This document shows, piece by piece, positions 18,838 to 27,048 of a stretch of DNA of 28,407 nt. This DNA is from a virus (lineage: Duplodnaviria > Heunggongvirae > Uroviricota > Caudoviricetes), in the IMG/VR virus record IMGVR_UViG_2778260996_000020, positions 1 through 28,407 of that record; one strand, given 5' to 3'. Position 1 is the stretch's first letter. Each line of letters begins with the position of its first letter. Made by a program: the position numbers and the translations under genes. Under the pieces are notes generated by a model. It ran no database searches, was not told where the DNA came from, and saw only the letters and a list, made by a program, of their open reading frames with translations.

Positions 18838-18909
18838 AATTACCCCTTATTTAATTGTTATTGGATTAACAATATTTAGGAGTAAGCCGCCCCGAAGGAC
18901 GGCGAGTTA

Positions 18910-20817
18910 TTAGAACGATGTTACCCAGCTACGGCCTCTATTTGGGCGTCTGGCGATGTTTTGACGTTGCGGTCGTGTGATTGGCTTAGTTTCTTCGATT
19001 TGCTCGTTAGATTGCGATTTAGGAGCTTCTACGGATTCTTCAACAACACGGTTTAAGCTGTCTTTCATTGCAATGAGTTTATCCCATGACATTTTTGAAA
19101 GGACGTAGCGAGAAGCCGCATAGCTATAAACCAGACAGTCGAGAGCCTCGTTTCGGGTACTACCTGGATTTTTCACCCAACGCACGCCAGTAGTAGTACG
19201 CTTGATGGATTCACTCAAAAGCTGATCGAGATAATCATCAGGAACGGTTTCTGATATTTCTAAGCCAATATGAGGATTATCTTTCAGGTTTCTAACCAGC
19301 ATTTCACGAACAGCGGATTTGCCAACGTTAACACCCAACATAAGCAATTCATGACCACCTGTGCGGGTAGGTTTAACCGGAATCACTGGAGCATTACCAG
19401 ATGAACTACCTTTGATCGCGTGTAGGTTCTTCCACTTGCCGCAAATACGGTATCCGGCTTGAGTGAATCGACCGTTCGATGTATCAAGGAAGCTGGCGAG
19501 CATAGGAACACGTTCACCCTTAACGTTATAGAATTTGGTTTTCTTGAAGTTAACCAGACGATCCCAAACAGGTGATTCATATCGTTCACAGTTATGATCG
19601 TAAAAGCTGCGGTGATCCAGAATGTAAACCTTATCTTTCGCTACACCTAAGATGGTAGATTCTGCGCGGTCCAATTGCTGGTCAATTCCTGAACACAAGA
19701 AAATAACGTCATCAGGAATATTCTCGATAGAAACATCTGTTTTGAGTTGTTCCAGTTCATTTGCTTCTACTGCCGTGTCCTGATCGTCGTACACCTTACC
19801 TAATACGGTGTTAAAAAATGATTGTAAATCAAAGGATTGCCACGCATGACTAAAATCAACCACACAAGCGCGGATCGTGCTGAAAGGTGAATACAGACGG
19901 CTGATCCAGAATCCTGCTACCTCACTTTCGCGGGTTGCTCTCCACTCGCCTTGCGCTACTGCCCTGATTCGTTCCCCTTCTGTCCATGCGTTCTTACAGT
20001 GGGGGCAAATATAACGAGCGGTATCAGGATCGGGTAAGTTCTTACCATCGATGTTACGCCATTCAAATTGAACGTTTTCCCACTCGATCACCTGGTGTTC
20101 CCCGCAATGCGGACACGGAACAAAAAACATACGCATATCGCTTGATAACCATTGCTGGTTAATGCTTCCGAGCTTACTGGTCGGGGTACTGGATACGACT
20201 AATCGGCCTTCATCGCCAAAGGTAGTTAAACGGTTAGCAGCCAGTGCCACCGGATCACCTTCTTCTGAGGCTGTAGCAGCATCGATTTCGTCTAGTAGTC
20301 CGACCTTTGCAGTCTTACCGCGCAGGGTTGATGGACTGGTAAGCGATACCATGTACAGGAAGTGATTCGTTTTTAGCTGGAGTTGGTTATTGTTGTTAAC
20401 CGCATTGCGATCATTCTTGTCTGTAACCACGTCTTTTAATGCATCACATGCTTCGATAGACGGTCGGATCTTACCAGCGAGATATTGAGACATTTCTTTA
20501 GCGGTTGATTGTCCGATAATCATATTGCATGGATCGTTAGCCATCTGGTTAAACAGGATGCCATTCAGGATGGTAGTCTTTCCGATCTGCGCACTGGTCA
20601 TCAGAACATACTTTTTCTTGTTCTCAAGGAAAGGAGCATCAATCATACCTTTCTGGAATGACAGCAATTTAACTTTATCCCCAGCTTGAGGACCATCTAC
20701 CAGCACCATATTAGCTTCGCACCATTCCGATGGAAGGAGTTTAGGCGGTGGCGTAATATATTTGGCTGCATTTCTGAGAATCTTTTTTAATTTGGCCTTA
20801 TTAGAAATTAGTTTCAT
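18910..20817 (-). CDS. terL: Terminase large subunit (GpA-like), 635 aa
   Basis: Walker A-like SAQIGKTT and Walker B-like VGLLDEID in the N-terminal ATPase half. Cys-x2-Cys pairs (CPHCGEHQ...CPHCKNAW). Acidic nuclease-like C-terminal half. GAGGGT SD. Confidence 0.85.
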   Translation of the reverse strand: MKLISNKAKLKKILRNAAKYITPPPKLLPSEWCEANMVLVDGPQAGDKVKLLSFQKGMIDAPFLENKKKYVLMTSAQIGKTTILNGILFNQMANDPCNMIIGQSTAKEMSQYLAGKIRPSIEACDALKDVVTDKNDRNAVNNNNQLQLKTNHFLYMVSLTSPSTLRGKTAKVGLLDEIDAATASEEGDPVALAANRLTTFGDEGRLVVSSTPTSKLGSINQQWLSSDMRMFFVPCPHCGEHQVIEWENVQFEWRNIDGKNLPDPDTARYICPHCKNAWTEGERIRAVAQGEWRATRESEVAGFWISRLYSPFSTIRACVVDFSHAWQSFDLQSFFNTVLGKVYDDQDTAVEANELEQLKTDVSIENIPDDVIFLCSGIDQQLDRAESTILGVAKDKVYILDHRSFYDHNCERYESPVWDRLVNFKKTKFYNVKGERVPMLASFLDTSNGRFTQAGYRICGKWKNLHAIKGSSSGNAPVIPVKPTRTGGHELLMLGVNVGKSAVREMLVRNLKDNPHIGLEISETVPDDYLDQLLSESIKRTTTGVRWVKNPGSTRNEALDCLVYSYAASRYVLSKMSWDKLIAMKDSLNRVVEESVEAPKSQSNEQIEETKPITRPQRQNIARRPNRGRSWVTSF

Positions 20818-20905
20818 GTAATTACCCTCATTACGAAATATGAGAGTATTTATTAAATTGTTGATTTTCTGATAAATACGGGTATTAAGATTTAAGGGGG
20901 GTTGT

Positions 20906-21508
20906 ATGCTAATTAATCAGCAAGAAAGAGATGAATTAGAATTAGCCTTGTCTTGTACCGATCATGAATATCGTTTGCCAGTGAAGCACCATCACAAGAA
21001 GACTGATTACACAACATCTGGGTTTAGCCGTGAGGAAGCTAAACAGATTTTAATCGAGTTGTATCGTGATCATGGGTATACCGATATTCATAACTTCTTT
21101 AAGAAGCATCGCACATCACAGACAGAGTTTCAGCGAGTCCGTGAATGGTTTGATTTTGACATTAAGCGATTCTATCGAGTGGATGACGGTCCTATCTATC
21201 GGTTGCACTGGAAGCCGATCCGAGAAGTGTTGAAACAGAAGAGACTAAATCACGCAATTACACGCTATCGTAACGAGGCTTTCAAGAAAGGCTATGGTGA
21301 TACAAGGGAACTATTCGTTGAACTCGCTAACGTGCGTTATAGCCACTATTACAGGAATCCTAAAGAGTTCTTCGAAGTGCTGCGCAAGGTTGATATAAGT
21401 CGGGGTACATACTATTCACGGTTGAAGAAGTACGGGATTAGGGCAGAGTTCTTTATGAGTATTGACGACGGAGAACTTTTTCCTATAAAATGTAAGTCCT
21501 CTAAATAA
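20906..21508 (+). CDS. Hypothetical basic protein, 200 aa
   Basis: AAGGGGGG SD 6 nt upstream. Arg/Lys/Tyr-rich. Divergent from the terminase gene. Followed by a small HTH gene and a strong terminator. Confidence 0.5.
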   Translation: MLINQQERDELELALSCTDHEYRLPVKHHHKKTDYTTSGFSREEAKQILIELYRDHGYTDIHNFFKKHRTSQTEFQRVREWFDFDIKRFYRVDDGPIYRLHWKPIREVLKQKRLNHAITRYRNEAFKKGYGDTRELFVELANVRYSHYYRNPKEFFEVLRKVDISRGTYYSRLKKYGIRAEFFMSIDDGELFPIKCKSSK

Positions 21509-21543
21509 AGGTGAACATTCACTTTAATTTGGAGAAAATGACT

Positions 21544-21768
21544 ATGACTACTAAAGCTACTCGCGGTCGTCCGGCACGTTTTAATCGTGAACAACTGGCA
21601 GCGATTGTAAAAGCGTACTATCAAGCGCCGAAAGGTAAAGCCGAAAAAGAACAAGTATTGAGTGAACACGGTATTTCAATTGCTCAATTCTACAAATCAC
21701 TCCATAAAGTTGATTTGAAATTCTTTGTTCAGGTTGACGGTGAAATGGTAGAAGCAACAGGAATTTGA
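21544..21768 (+). CDS. Small HTH DNA-binding protein, ~75 aa (paralog of 24965-25144)
   Basis: Track ORF starts at a GTG (21511). The ATG at 21544 has a GGAG SD at 9 nt. N-terminal RGRPARFNREQLAAIVKAYY resembles TetR/transposase-type HTH openings. Terminator follows. Confidence 0.5.
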   Translation: MTTKATRGRPARFNREQLAAIVKAYYQAPKGKAEKEQVLSEHGISIAQFYKSLHKVDLKFFVQVDGEMVEATGI

Positions 21769-21781
21769 TTCGATTCTCTAG

Positions 21782-21808
21782 GCCAATCCTTCGGGGTTGG
21801 CTTTTTTT
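21782..21808 (+). terminator. Intrinsic terminator after small HTH gene
   Basis: GCCAAUCC-UUCG-GGGUUGGC hairpin followed by UUUUUUUAU on the plus strand. Confidence 0.75.
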
Positions 21809-21821
21809 ATACCTACAGATA

Positions 21822-21847
21822 CAAAAAAAGCCCCTGAAATTCAGGGG
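21822..21847 (-). terminator. Intrinsic terminator after Rha-family gene
   Basis: Minus-strand RNA: GCCCCUGAAUUUCAGGGGC hairpin followed by UUUUUUUG. Forms a convergent terminator pair with 21782-21808. Confidence 0.7.
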
Positions 21848-21856
21848 CAAAAATTA

Positions 21857-22699
21857 TTACAGTCCGAAGACTTCCAGTGATCCAACATTCTGGCGAATCA
21901 GCAAAGCAGTGTTATTGACAATTGCTCGTGAGTTGTTCGGCTGTGGCAATTTCAAAGTTGCGGCCTTTTCTTCTTCAAGCAATCCGAGTTTTACGAGATG
22001 CGGGATAGCATCAGCAGTGAACTCGATCTGACCGTGTGCCGACATACGAGCGAACATATAGCCAGGAGGAAGCAGATCATAGCCTTTAGGCTTACCAGAA
22101 GCATCCAGACGACGCTCAAGAACACCAGCAGCACATAAACCTTTCAGAATCATTTGTACCGTCGTAGAGCCTCGTTTTTCGCCTAATAAGCGGCTAAGAC
22201 TGTGTGTGTCGATAGCTTTACGAACATGCAATTCAACCAGTTGTTTCTTTTCTTGAATCAGTTGTTCGTTTGCGGCTTCCAATTCCATTGCCTCACGAAT
22301 CCAGTCGAGCTTAGTCATGTTTGCGTAAGGGTTGATTTGCTGAGAACGCAGTTTTTCATTTTCTTCTTTCAGTCGTTTCCATTCCTGAATAACAACCATT
22401 CGACGCTTAACATCGTAACCAGTAACAAGAGTCAGAGTCATTTCTTCGTCTAAGTGATATACCGGTTCTTTAACAGCATACCCTAAGTTATTGATTCTCT
22501 CGACAAATTCAGTTTTGAGCTGATCGATAATACCTAAAGATTCGTACATTTCGCGAATATCGCGCATTACATTGCTGTGTTTCTTTCCGGTAAATTCAGC
22601 GATCTGACGAGAAGACATGGTCAGCGGTTTGGTGTTATCAACAACCAGAGACACGGAAGCAGTTTTAACAGCAGTATTCATAGCAGTAACAGTATTCAT
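21857..22699 (-). CDS. Rha-family phage regulatory protein (antirepressor-like), 280 aa
   Basis: N-terminal LTMSSRQIAEFTGKKHSNVMRDIREM matches the Rha/pRha domain signature. Coiled-coil middle. AAGGGG SD. Own terminator downstream. Confidence 0.7.
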   Translation of the reverse strand: MNTVTAMNTAVKTASVSLVVDNTKPLTMSSRQIAEFTGKKHSNVMRDIREMYESLGIIDQLKTEFVERINNLGYAVKEPVYHLDEEMTLTLVTGYDVKRRMVVIQEWKRLKEENEKLRSQQINPYANMTKLDWIREAMELEAANEQLIQEKKQLVELHVRKAIDTHSLSRLLGEKRGSTTVQMILKGLCAAGVLERRLDASGKPKGYDLLPPGYMFARMSAHGQIEFTADAIPHLVKLGLLEEEKAATLKLPQPNNSRAIVNNTALLIRQNVGSLEVFGL

Positions 22700-22788
22700 A
22701 ATTAAATTCCCCTTAAACGGTTTAGTGATATTGATCCTCCTAGTTCCGGCAGCATCACCGGAACATTTTTATTTATGATAGAAATTTA

Positions 22789-23121
22789 TTACCAATCGAT
22801 TTCTACTTGGTCTTCTTCATAATAAGGAATCGCATATTCATAACGCCAATTTTCGATGATTTCACGTTCTTCATTAGTAAGAAGGTGATTGTTAACTGGA
22901 GTCGCATTGTGATTACCAGCTTCGAATTGCTCGCGAACTTCCAGCATTGCATGAATACCAGTTAAGGTCATCAGATCAAACGGAACATGCATACTACGGG
23001 AGATAGTTTCACGGGATACGCCCCAATCATTTTCTACATGGCTAGGGGTTACAGAAACGGTTTTGCCGGAGATTTTAACAGTCCAGTCATACAGGGATTT
23101 AGTGATGGTAAATTCTTTCAT
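22789..23121 (-). CDS. Hypothetical protein, 110 aa
   Basis: ORF preceded by SD AAGAGGATG and a near-consensus sigma70 promoter (23178-23206). Confidence 0.5.
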   Translation of the reverse strand: MKEFTITKSLYDWTVKISGKTVSVTPSHVENDWGVSRETISRSMHVPFDLMTLTGIHAMLEVREQFEAGNHNATPVNNHLLTNEEREIIENWRYEYAIPYYEEDQVEIDW

Positions 23122-23177
23122 GTTACATCCTCTTTACAAATCCAGGTCAAATATAATAAAAGTTGTCAAGTGCGATA

Positions 23178-23206
23178 ATCATAAAAAAGTCATAAATTTT
23201 TGTCAA
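23178..23206 (-). promoter_or_regulatory. Near-consensus sigma70 promoter driving the 110 aa gene
   Basis: On the minus strand: TTGACA (23206-23201), 17 nt spacer, TATGAT (23183-23178). Confidence 0.55.
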
Positions 23207-23241
23207 TATACCTTGACAAGACGCCAAAGGGTTGACCTAAC

Positions 23242-23700
23242 TTACAGCATATCTAAGCCTTCATCGTAACCGTAGAAGCCACCGTGAGAAGAGAAAGCGA
23301 TTGGTGCGTAGTCTTCGTCTTCCTCATCTTCTTCATCTTGTTCTGGGGCTTCCTGAGCGGTTTCTTTGCCGTAATCAGCCATAATCTGGTCAAGATCGGC
23401 GATCCCATAGTAAGAGCCTAAATCAACGTCATATTCACGGACTTGAAACGGCAGATCATCACGAACAATAATTGCTGGAATATCGTTGTATTGAAGACGA
23501 CCTTCATCAGTAAAACAGTCGATGATCACAGTAGGACGACCATTTCGTTTTAAAGCGTAGAAAGCAGTTGAGTAGTTGGAGTCTTCGGAATGACGAATGA
23601 TGTTATAACCACGATTAGCGAAAACTTCTAGCATATGGAAGTTGCCATAGTTTTCAGAGTCCAGACCCAGAAGTACGAAAGGAGTTTTAGTATTGATCAT
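23242..23700 (-). CDS. Hypothetical protein with strongly acidic C-terminal tail, 152 aa
   Basis: ORF with AGAGGA SD. C-terminal EQDEEDEEDEDY stretch. Confidence 0.5.
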   Translation of the reverse strand: MINTKTPFVLLGLDSENYGNFHMLEVFANRGYNIIRHSEDSNYSTAFYALKRNGRPTVIIDCFTDEGRLQYNDIPAIIVRDDLPFQVREYDVDLGSYYGIADLDQIMADYGKETAQEAPEQDEEDEEDEDYAPIAFSSHGGFYGYDEGLDML

Positions 23701-23923
23701 AGTGGAAATCCTCTAAAAGAAAGTGAATCAAGTAAGTTCACTATTATTTATAACGAGAATTTTTTATCTATTTGGAAGTGATTGGATTCAGTCGGGCTAA
23801 AGCCCTCCTTCATATATTTGATTAAATCATCATCAAAACGAAGAAGTATCTTTAGAATATAAGAATCTTTCTTTTGGAGAAATTATAATCAGGAAGCAAT
23901 TTAGCAACCGAAGGTTGCAATCC

Positions 23924-23969
23924 CGAAGGGATACCAATCACTTTCTAGAAAGTGATTGGTATCCCTTCG
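23924..23969. repeat. 46 bp perfect palindrome
   Basis: CGAAGGGATACCAATCACTTTC-TA-GAAAGTGATTGGTATCCCTTCG; every position is self-complementary. A GCAACCGAAGGTTGC hairpin lies immediately upstream. Confidence 0.9.
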
Positions 23970-24277
23970 TTCGTTTACTAGAATCAGTTAGTAACTAGTA
24001 TTAAATCCCTTTCTAAGAAAATCCTTTCAAAAGCGAGTGAACGCCGTAGGCGTGAACGTGAGCGAAGCGAACTATCCAATCCCTTTCGAATCCTGCTTGC
24101 AGGTCTTAGAAGGTGTTGATGGGCGCTTCGCGCACGGCTACGCCGTATTCTTTTTGCGAGATCTTTCTTGAACGTAGTGAGAGAAAACGAGCAAAAAGGA
24201 GAACGTTAGTTCGAATTTTATATTCTATGGTCTGTGGGGTGAAATGTCTTTCAAGATCATACACTTATGAGATTGAA

Positions 24278-24399
24278 GTGTAGGGTTAGTGTAGGTGTGT
24301 AGGTTTCATAGTGTAGGTTTGAGGGTGTTATAGTGTAGGTTTACTGACTAGTGTAGTGTAGGCCAATACCTTTAAAGCGTAGGTTTGTAGTGTAGGTTT
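24278..24399. repeat. Iteron array: about 8 direct copies of (A)GTGTAGGTTT
   Basis: Copies at about 24278, 24290, 24297, 24311, 24333, 24356, 24377 (GCGTAGGTTT) and 24390. All same orientation, irregular 0-14 bp spacing. Confidence 0.85.
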
Positions 24400-24593
24400 T
24401 TCATCAAAAATTTTGATAGAAAATTCTTGTATATTATTTAACCGGAAAATCACCAAAAATCGCTGTAAATGCATGATTTAAAAAGAATTATCAAAAGGTC
24501 GCCGTGCTATAATAGGTTATAAAGGTTGATAATCGTTATCCGCCATTTTCACACAAAAATTTTGATAGTCATTTCTCGCTTAGGTCAAGTGCA

Positions 24594-24622
24594 TTGACAA
24601 CTGTCAAGGATTATTTTATACT
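24594..24622 (+). promoter_or_regulatory. Near-consensus sigma70 promoter for the 59 aa HTH / 339 aa / 80 aa operon
   Basis: TTGACA (24594-24599), 17 nt spacer, TATACT (24617-24622). The -35 lies inside a TTGACAACTGTCAA palindrome. Confidence 0.55.
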
Positions 24623-24964
24623 TTTTCTCATTGGTAGGGGTTGAAATTTTAGAAACAATCCCCATATTGATGATAAACAAGATTTTTTCGTGTATAAATA
24701 CATGCATGAAATGATTGTTCACTTCTGAAAATCCCCTGATTCACTGTTAACACACACAGCACTGGTTAAACACACAGTGCTTTTTCGATTGAATAATGTA
24801 CGAATTGATTAATTATTAATCTTCTCTTTAGCAATTCGTGCTCCCGCTGATCAGATATACAGTGGTTTTGCAGGGTTTTCTGAAATGACTTTTATAAATA
24901 GAAGTATCGAGGGCGAAAAGCTCTTTTTATTATCCTTATTAATCCACATTTGAGGAATCTACTT

Positions 24965-25144
24965 ATGGCTAGACCTGTTAAGTTTACTCGTGAAATGATT
25001 GTTGATATTGCTAAACGCTTTTATGGCGATACTGAACGAGGCGGCGAGAATTTCTTTAAGAAGGAAGGAATTGATAGAAGCGGATTCTATAAGCTAATGA
25101 AGAAATACGAAATTCAGATAAAGATTAACGTTCAAGTTTGTTAA
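24965..25144 (+). CDS. Small HTH DNA-binding protein, ~59 aa (paralog of 21544-21768)
   Basis: Track ORF starts at TTG (24950). The ATG at 24965 has a TGAGGAA SD. ARPVKFTREMIVDIAKRFY aligns with GRPARFNREQLAAIVKAYY of the paralog. Shared GI...FYK motif. Confidence 0.5.
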   Translation: MARPVKFTREMIVDIAKRFYGDTERGGENFFKKEGIDRSGFYKLMKKYEIQIKINVQVC

Positions 25145-25175
25145 TCCACTTTCACTGAGAATTATACGATGGCTT

Positions 25176-25216
25176 TAAAAATAAAAAGCCTCCCTTGTTG
25201 CAGCAAAGGAGGCTTG
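25176..25216 (-). terminator. Minus-oriented hairpin + T-run (antisense terminator candidate) between small HTH gene and 339 aa gene
   Basis: AAGCCUCC...GGAGGCUU 8 bp stem. On the minus strand it is followed by UUUUUAUUUUU. On the plus strand no U-tract follows. Confidence 0.4.
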
Positions 25217-25260
25217 AAATGAACAATTAAAACTAACACAGCATTCAGGAGTATTTATAA

Positions 25261-26280
25261 ATGAAAAATTCTAAGCGCATCACCTTCAACCTGTTTATTA
25301 AATCCAACGGCAAACTGAACATTACCGTCATGGAAGGTAAAGCAAGCAAACAAGACAAATCCTTTGAAGTAGTATCCGGTAAGACTCTGACCGAAATGCG
25401 TCAGAATGCTGGCATCAAAGACGGTGCTGAATGGCAGATCACTAACCGTTTCGACAAACGTCACGTTAAACCTACACTGGTAGAAGGTGAATCCGTTTAT
25501 TGCTTCGCTCGTGCTGCTAAAGCCGATGAAACTTACTATCTCGCTGTTGTTAAAACTGCTTCCGGCTTCCGTGCTGTAATGCATCACAAGAGCAAGCGTA
25601 ACGAATACGGCGTAGAGACCCAGGAAGTTGCTAAACGCTTCCGTACTGTTGCTACCGAATCCACTGTAAAAGATGTTTCTGGTACTGTTAACACCACTAA
25701 AGGCGGTTCCTTCTACAACCACGCATTACAGGTTACTTCCTCCTTCTTCTGCAAAAAAGAAGCACAGAAAGAAGTTGCTCCGGTAGTAGTTGAAGAAGTT
25801 AAAGAAGAAGTTGCAGTGGTTGAATCTTCCGAAGTTGAAGCACTGAACGCACGCATTGCTGAACTGGAAGCAGAAATGGCAGCAGTTAAAGCAGAAAACG
25901 CATCTCTGAAAGCTGAACTGTCAGCACAGGAAACCACTTTCGAAGTAGCAGCGGTTGAAGTTGAAGCAGTTGAAGAAAAATCCATTGATGAAGAACTGGA
26001 AGAACTCCTTAACTATCGTTGGGGTAACGGTGAAGAAGTAGAACAGAAAGAAGCTGATCCGGTAGTAGTTCCGGTTCCGGTTGAAGCAGAATCCGCACCA
26101 GTTACCAACTTTGAAACACTGCGCAATAACTTTATGGCTAAATTCAAAACCACTTGGGAAGATACCGAAGAAGAACAAGAAGAGATTGAAGTAAACGAAG
26201 ACGAGATCCGCGAAGCACATATGGCACTGCATGACGCTATCTATGACACCAACTACAGCGCCTACGCATACGCAGCTTAA
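25261..26280 (+). CDS. Hypothetical acidic coiled-coil protein, 339 aa, probable highly expressed early protein
   Basis: AGGAG SD. Codon usage strongly biased toward major E. coli-type codons (CTG, CGT, GAA, AAA, GTT, ACC, TCC), unlike neighbouring genes. Central Ala/Glu coiled coil. Acidic C-terminal third. Confidence 0.6.
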   Translation: MKNSKRITFNLFIKSNGKLNITVMEGKASKQDKSFEVVSGKTLTEMRQNAGIKDGAEWQITNRFDKRHVKPTLVEGESVYCFARAAKADETYYLAVVKTASGFRAVMHHKSKRNEYGVETQEVAKRFRTVATESTVKDVSGTVNTTKGGSFYNHALQVTSSFFCKKEAQKEVAPVVVEEVKEEVAVVESSEVEALNARIAELEAEMAAVKAENASLKAELSAQETTFEVAAVEVEAVEEKSIDEELEELLNYRWGNGEEVEQKEADPVVVPVPVEAESAPVTNFETLRNNFMAKFKTTWEDTEEEQEEIEVNEDEIREAHMALHDAIYDTNYSAYAYAA

Positions 26281-26295
26281 TAGAGGGGTGAATCT

Positions 26296-26538
26296 ATGAT
26301 GAATCAAAACAAAGAATTTCTGGGTAATCTGATGTTAGAAATTACCAAAATGAAAGAAAGAATGGTAGCGATGGAATCAGAGATTAAAACACTTAAAGCT
26401 GATAATAAGGCGTTGAGAAAGTCCTTAAAGCTGATTGATGAGACTAATGCGGTTATGATGGATCATGTATTCCCTGAGTGGCGAAATGAAACTAAACCTA
26501 CACAACATAAGAAACTTACACTTCGAATTGTTGCATAA
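26296..26538 (+). CDS. Hypothetical coiled-coil protein, 80 aa
   Basis: GAGGGG SD. Translationally close to the upstream gene. Heptad-like sequence. Confidence 0.5.
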   Translation: MMNQNKEFLGNLMLEITKMKERMVAMESEIKTLKADNKALRKSLKLIDETNAVMMDHVFPEWRNETKPTQHKKLTLRIVA

Positions 26539-26560
26539 AAAAAAGGACTCCGAAGAGTCC
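26537..26560 (-). terminator. Minus-oriented intrinsic terminator
   Basis: Minus-strand RNA: GGACUC-UUCG-GAGUCC followed by UUUUUUUU. Confidence 0.6.
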
Positions 26561-26636
26561 CTAGTAAGTTTAGGTTAGGTTTGCACAACAAAGATGAGGT
26601 TATAATGAACATAATGCTACATTATTCTTTAAAGCC

Positions 26637-26662
26637 AGAAAAATAACCGCCCCGAAGGGCGG
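26637..26662 (-). terminator. Minus-oriented intrinsic terminator
   Basis: Minus-strand RNA: CCGCCC-UUCG-GGGCGG followed by UUAUUUUUCU. Confidence 0.55.
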
Positions 26663-26821
26663 GAGGATTAATACTCAATCTATACTTGTTATGTTTTTAT
26701 GTTGTATAGATCCTGACTATGAAAACACTGTACTGGAAGTGTGTTTTTATGGCTTTTAATCGGGAATCCTCAAAGAAGATCCCCTGTTAATAACCATAAG
26801 GAGAAAAGGCAGATTACACTA

Positions 26822-26995
26822 TTATTTAGTATCCTTTTTACAGCAACTAAAAAGAATAAACAAAAAGAAGCATACCCAGCCGTAAGGCGTACCGATTAGA
26901 AATTTGAAAAACACCACCAGCGATATAAAAATCAATTTAATGCCAGCGACGATAGTCAAAAACAGCAGAGTAGCAAAGTAGACAAAAAGATCCAT
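26822..26995 (-). CDS. Small hydrophobic membrane protein, 57 aa (not in ORF track)
   Basis: Hand-translated: MDLFVYFATLLFLTIVAGIKLIFISLVVFFKFLIGTPYGWVCFFLFILFSCCKKDTK. AGAGGA SD 7 nt upstream of ATG. Two predicted hydrophobic helices. Confidence 0.4.
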   Translation of the reverse strand: MDLFVYFATLLFLTIVAGIKLIFISLVVFFKFLIGTPYGWVCFFLFILFSCCKKDTK

Positions 26996-27048
26996 AGATA
27001 ATCCTCTTTGAAAACGACCATCATCTATAGTTCAATTCATCGATTTAA

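Noticed and set aside
21581-21850. 89 aa minus-strand ORF and 21765-22031 plus-strand ORF
   Set aside because: They overlap the small HTH gene and the convergent terminator pair; the terminators mark this as an intergenic transcript-end zone. The same reasoning applies to 21412-21669.
24060-24220. Possible tRNA gene (TTCGAATCC and GTTCGAAT T-loop-like strings)
   Set aside because: No acceptor or D-arm partner sequences could be paired into a cloverleaf around either motif; flanking bases do not form a T-stem.
24278-24399. Possible CRISPR array
   Set aside because: Repeat unit is only about 10 bp, spacing is irregular (0-14 bp), and there are no uniform-length unique spacers. This is consistent with iterons, not CRISPR.
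24931-24950. DnaA-box-like TTAATCCACA (also near 25141)
   Set aside because: One mismatch to the TTATCCACA consensus and only two isolated copies, one of which overlaps a gene start. Too weak to call an origin element.
25713-26307. Minus-strand ORFs 25713-25985, 25921-26307 and 25255-25722
   Set aside because: Antisense to the strongly codon-biased 339 aa gene; products are Cys/Phe-rich or Ser/Thr-rich low complexity.
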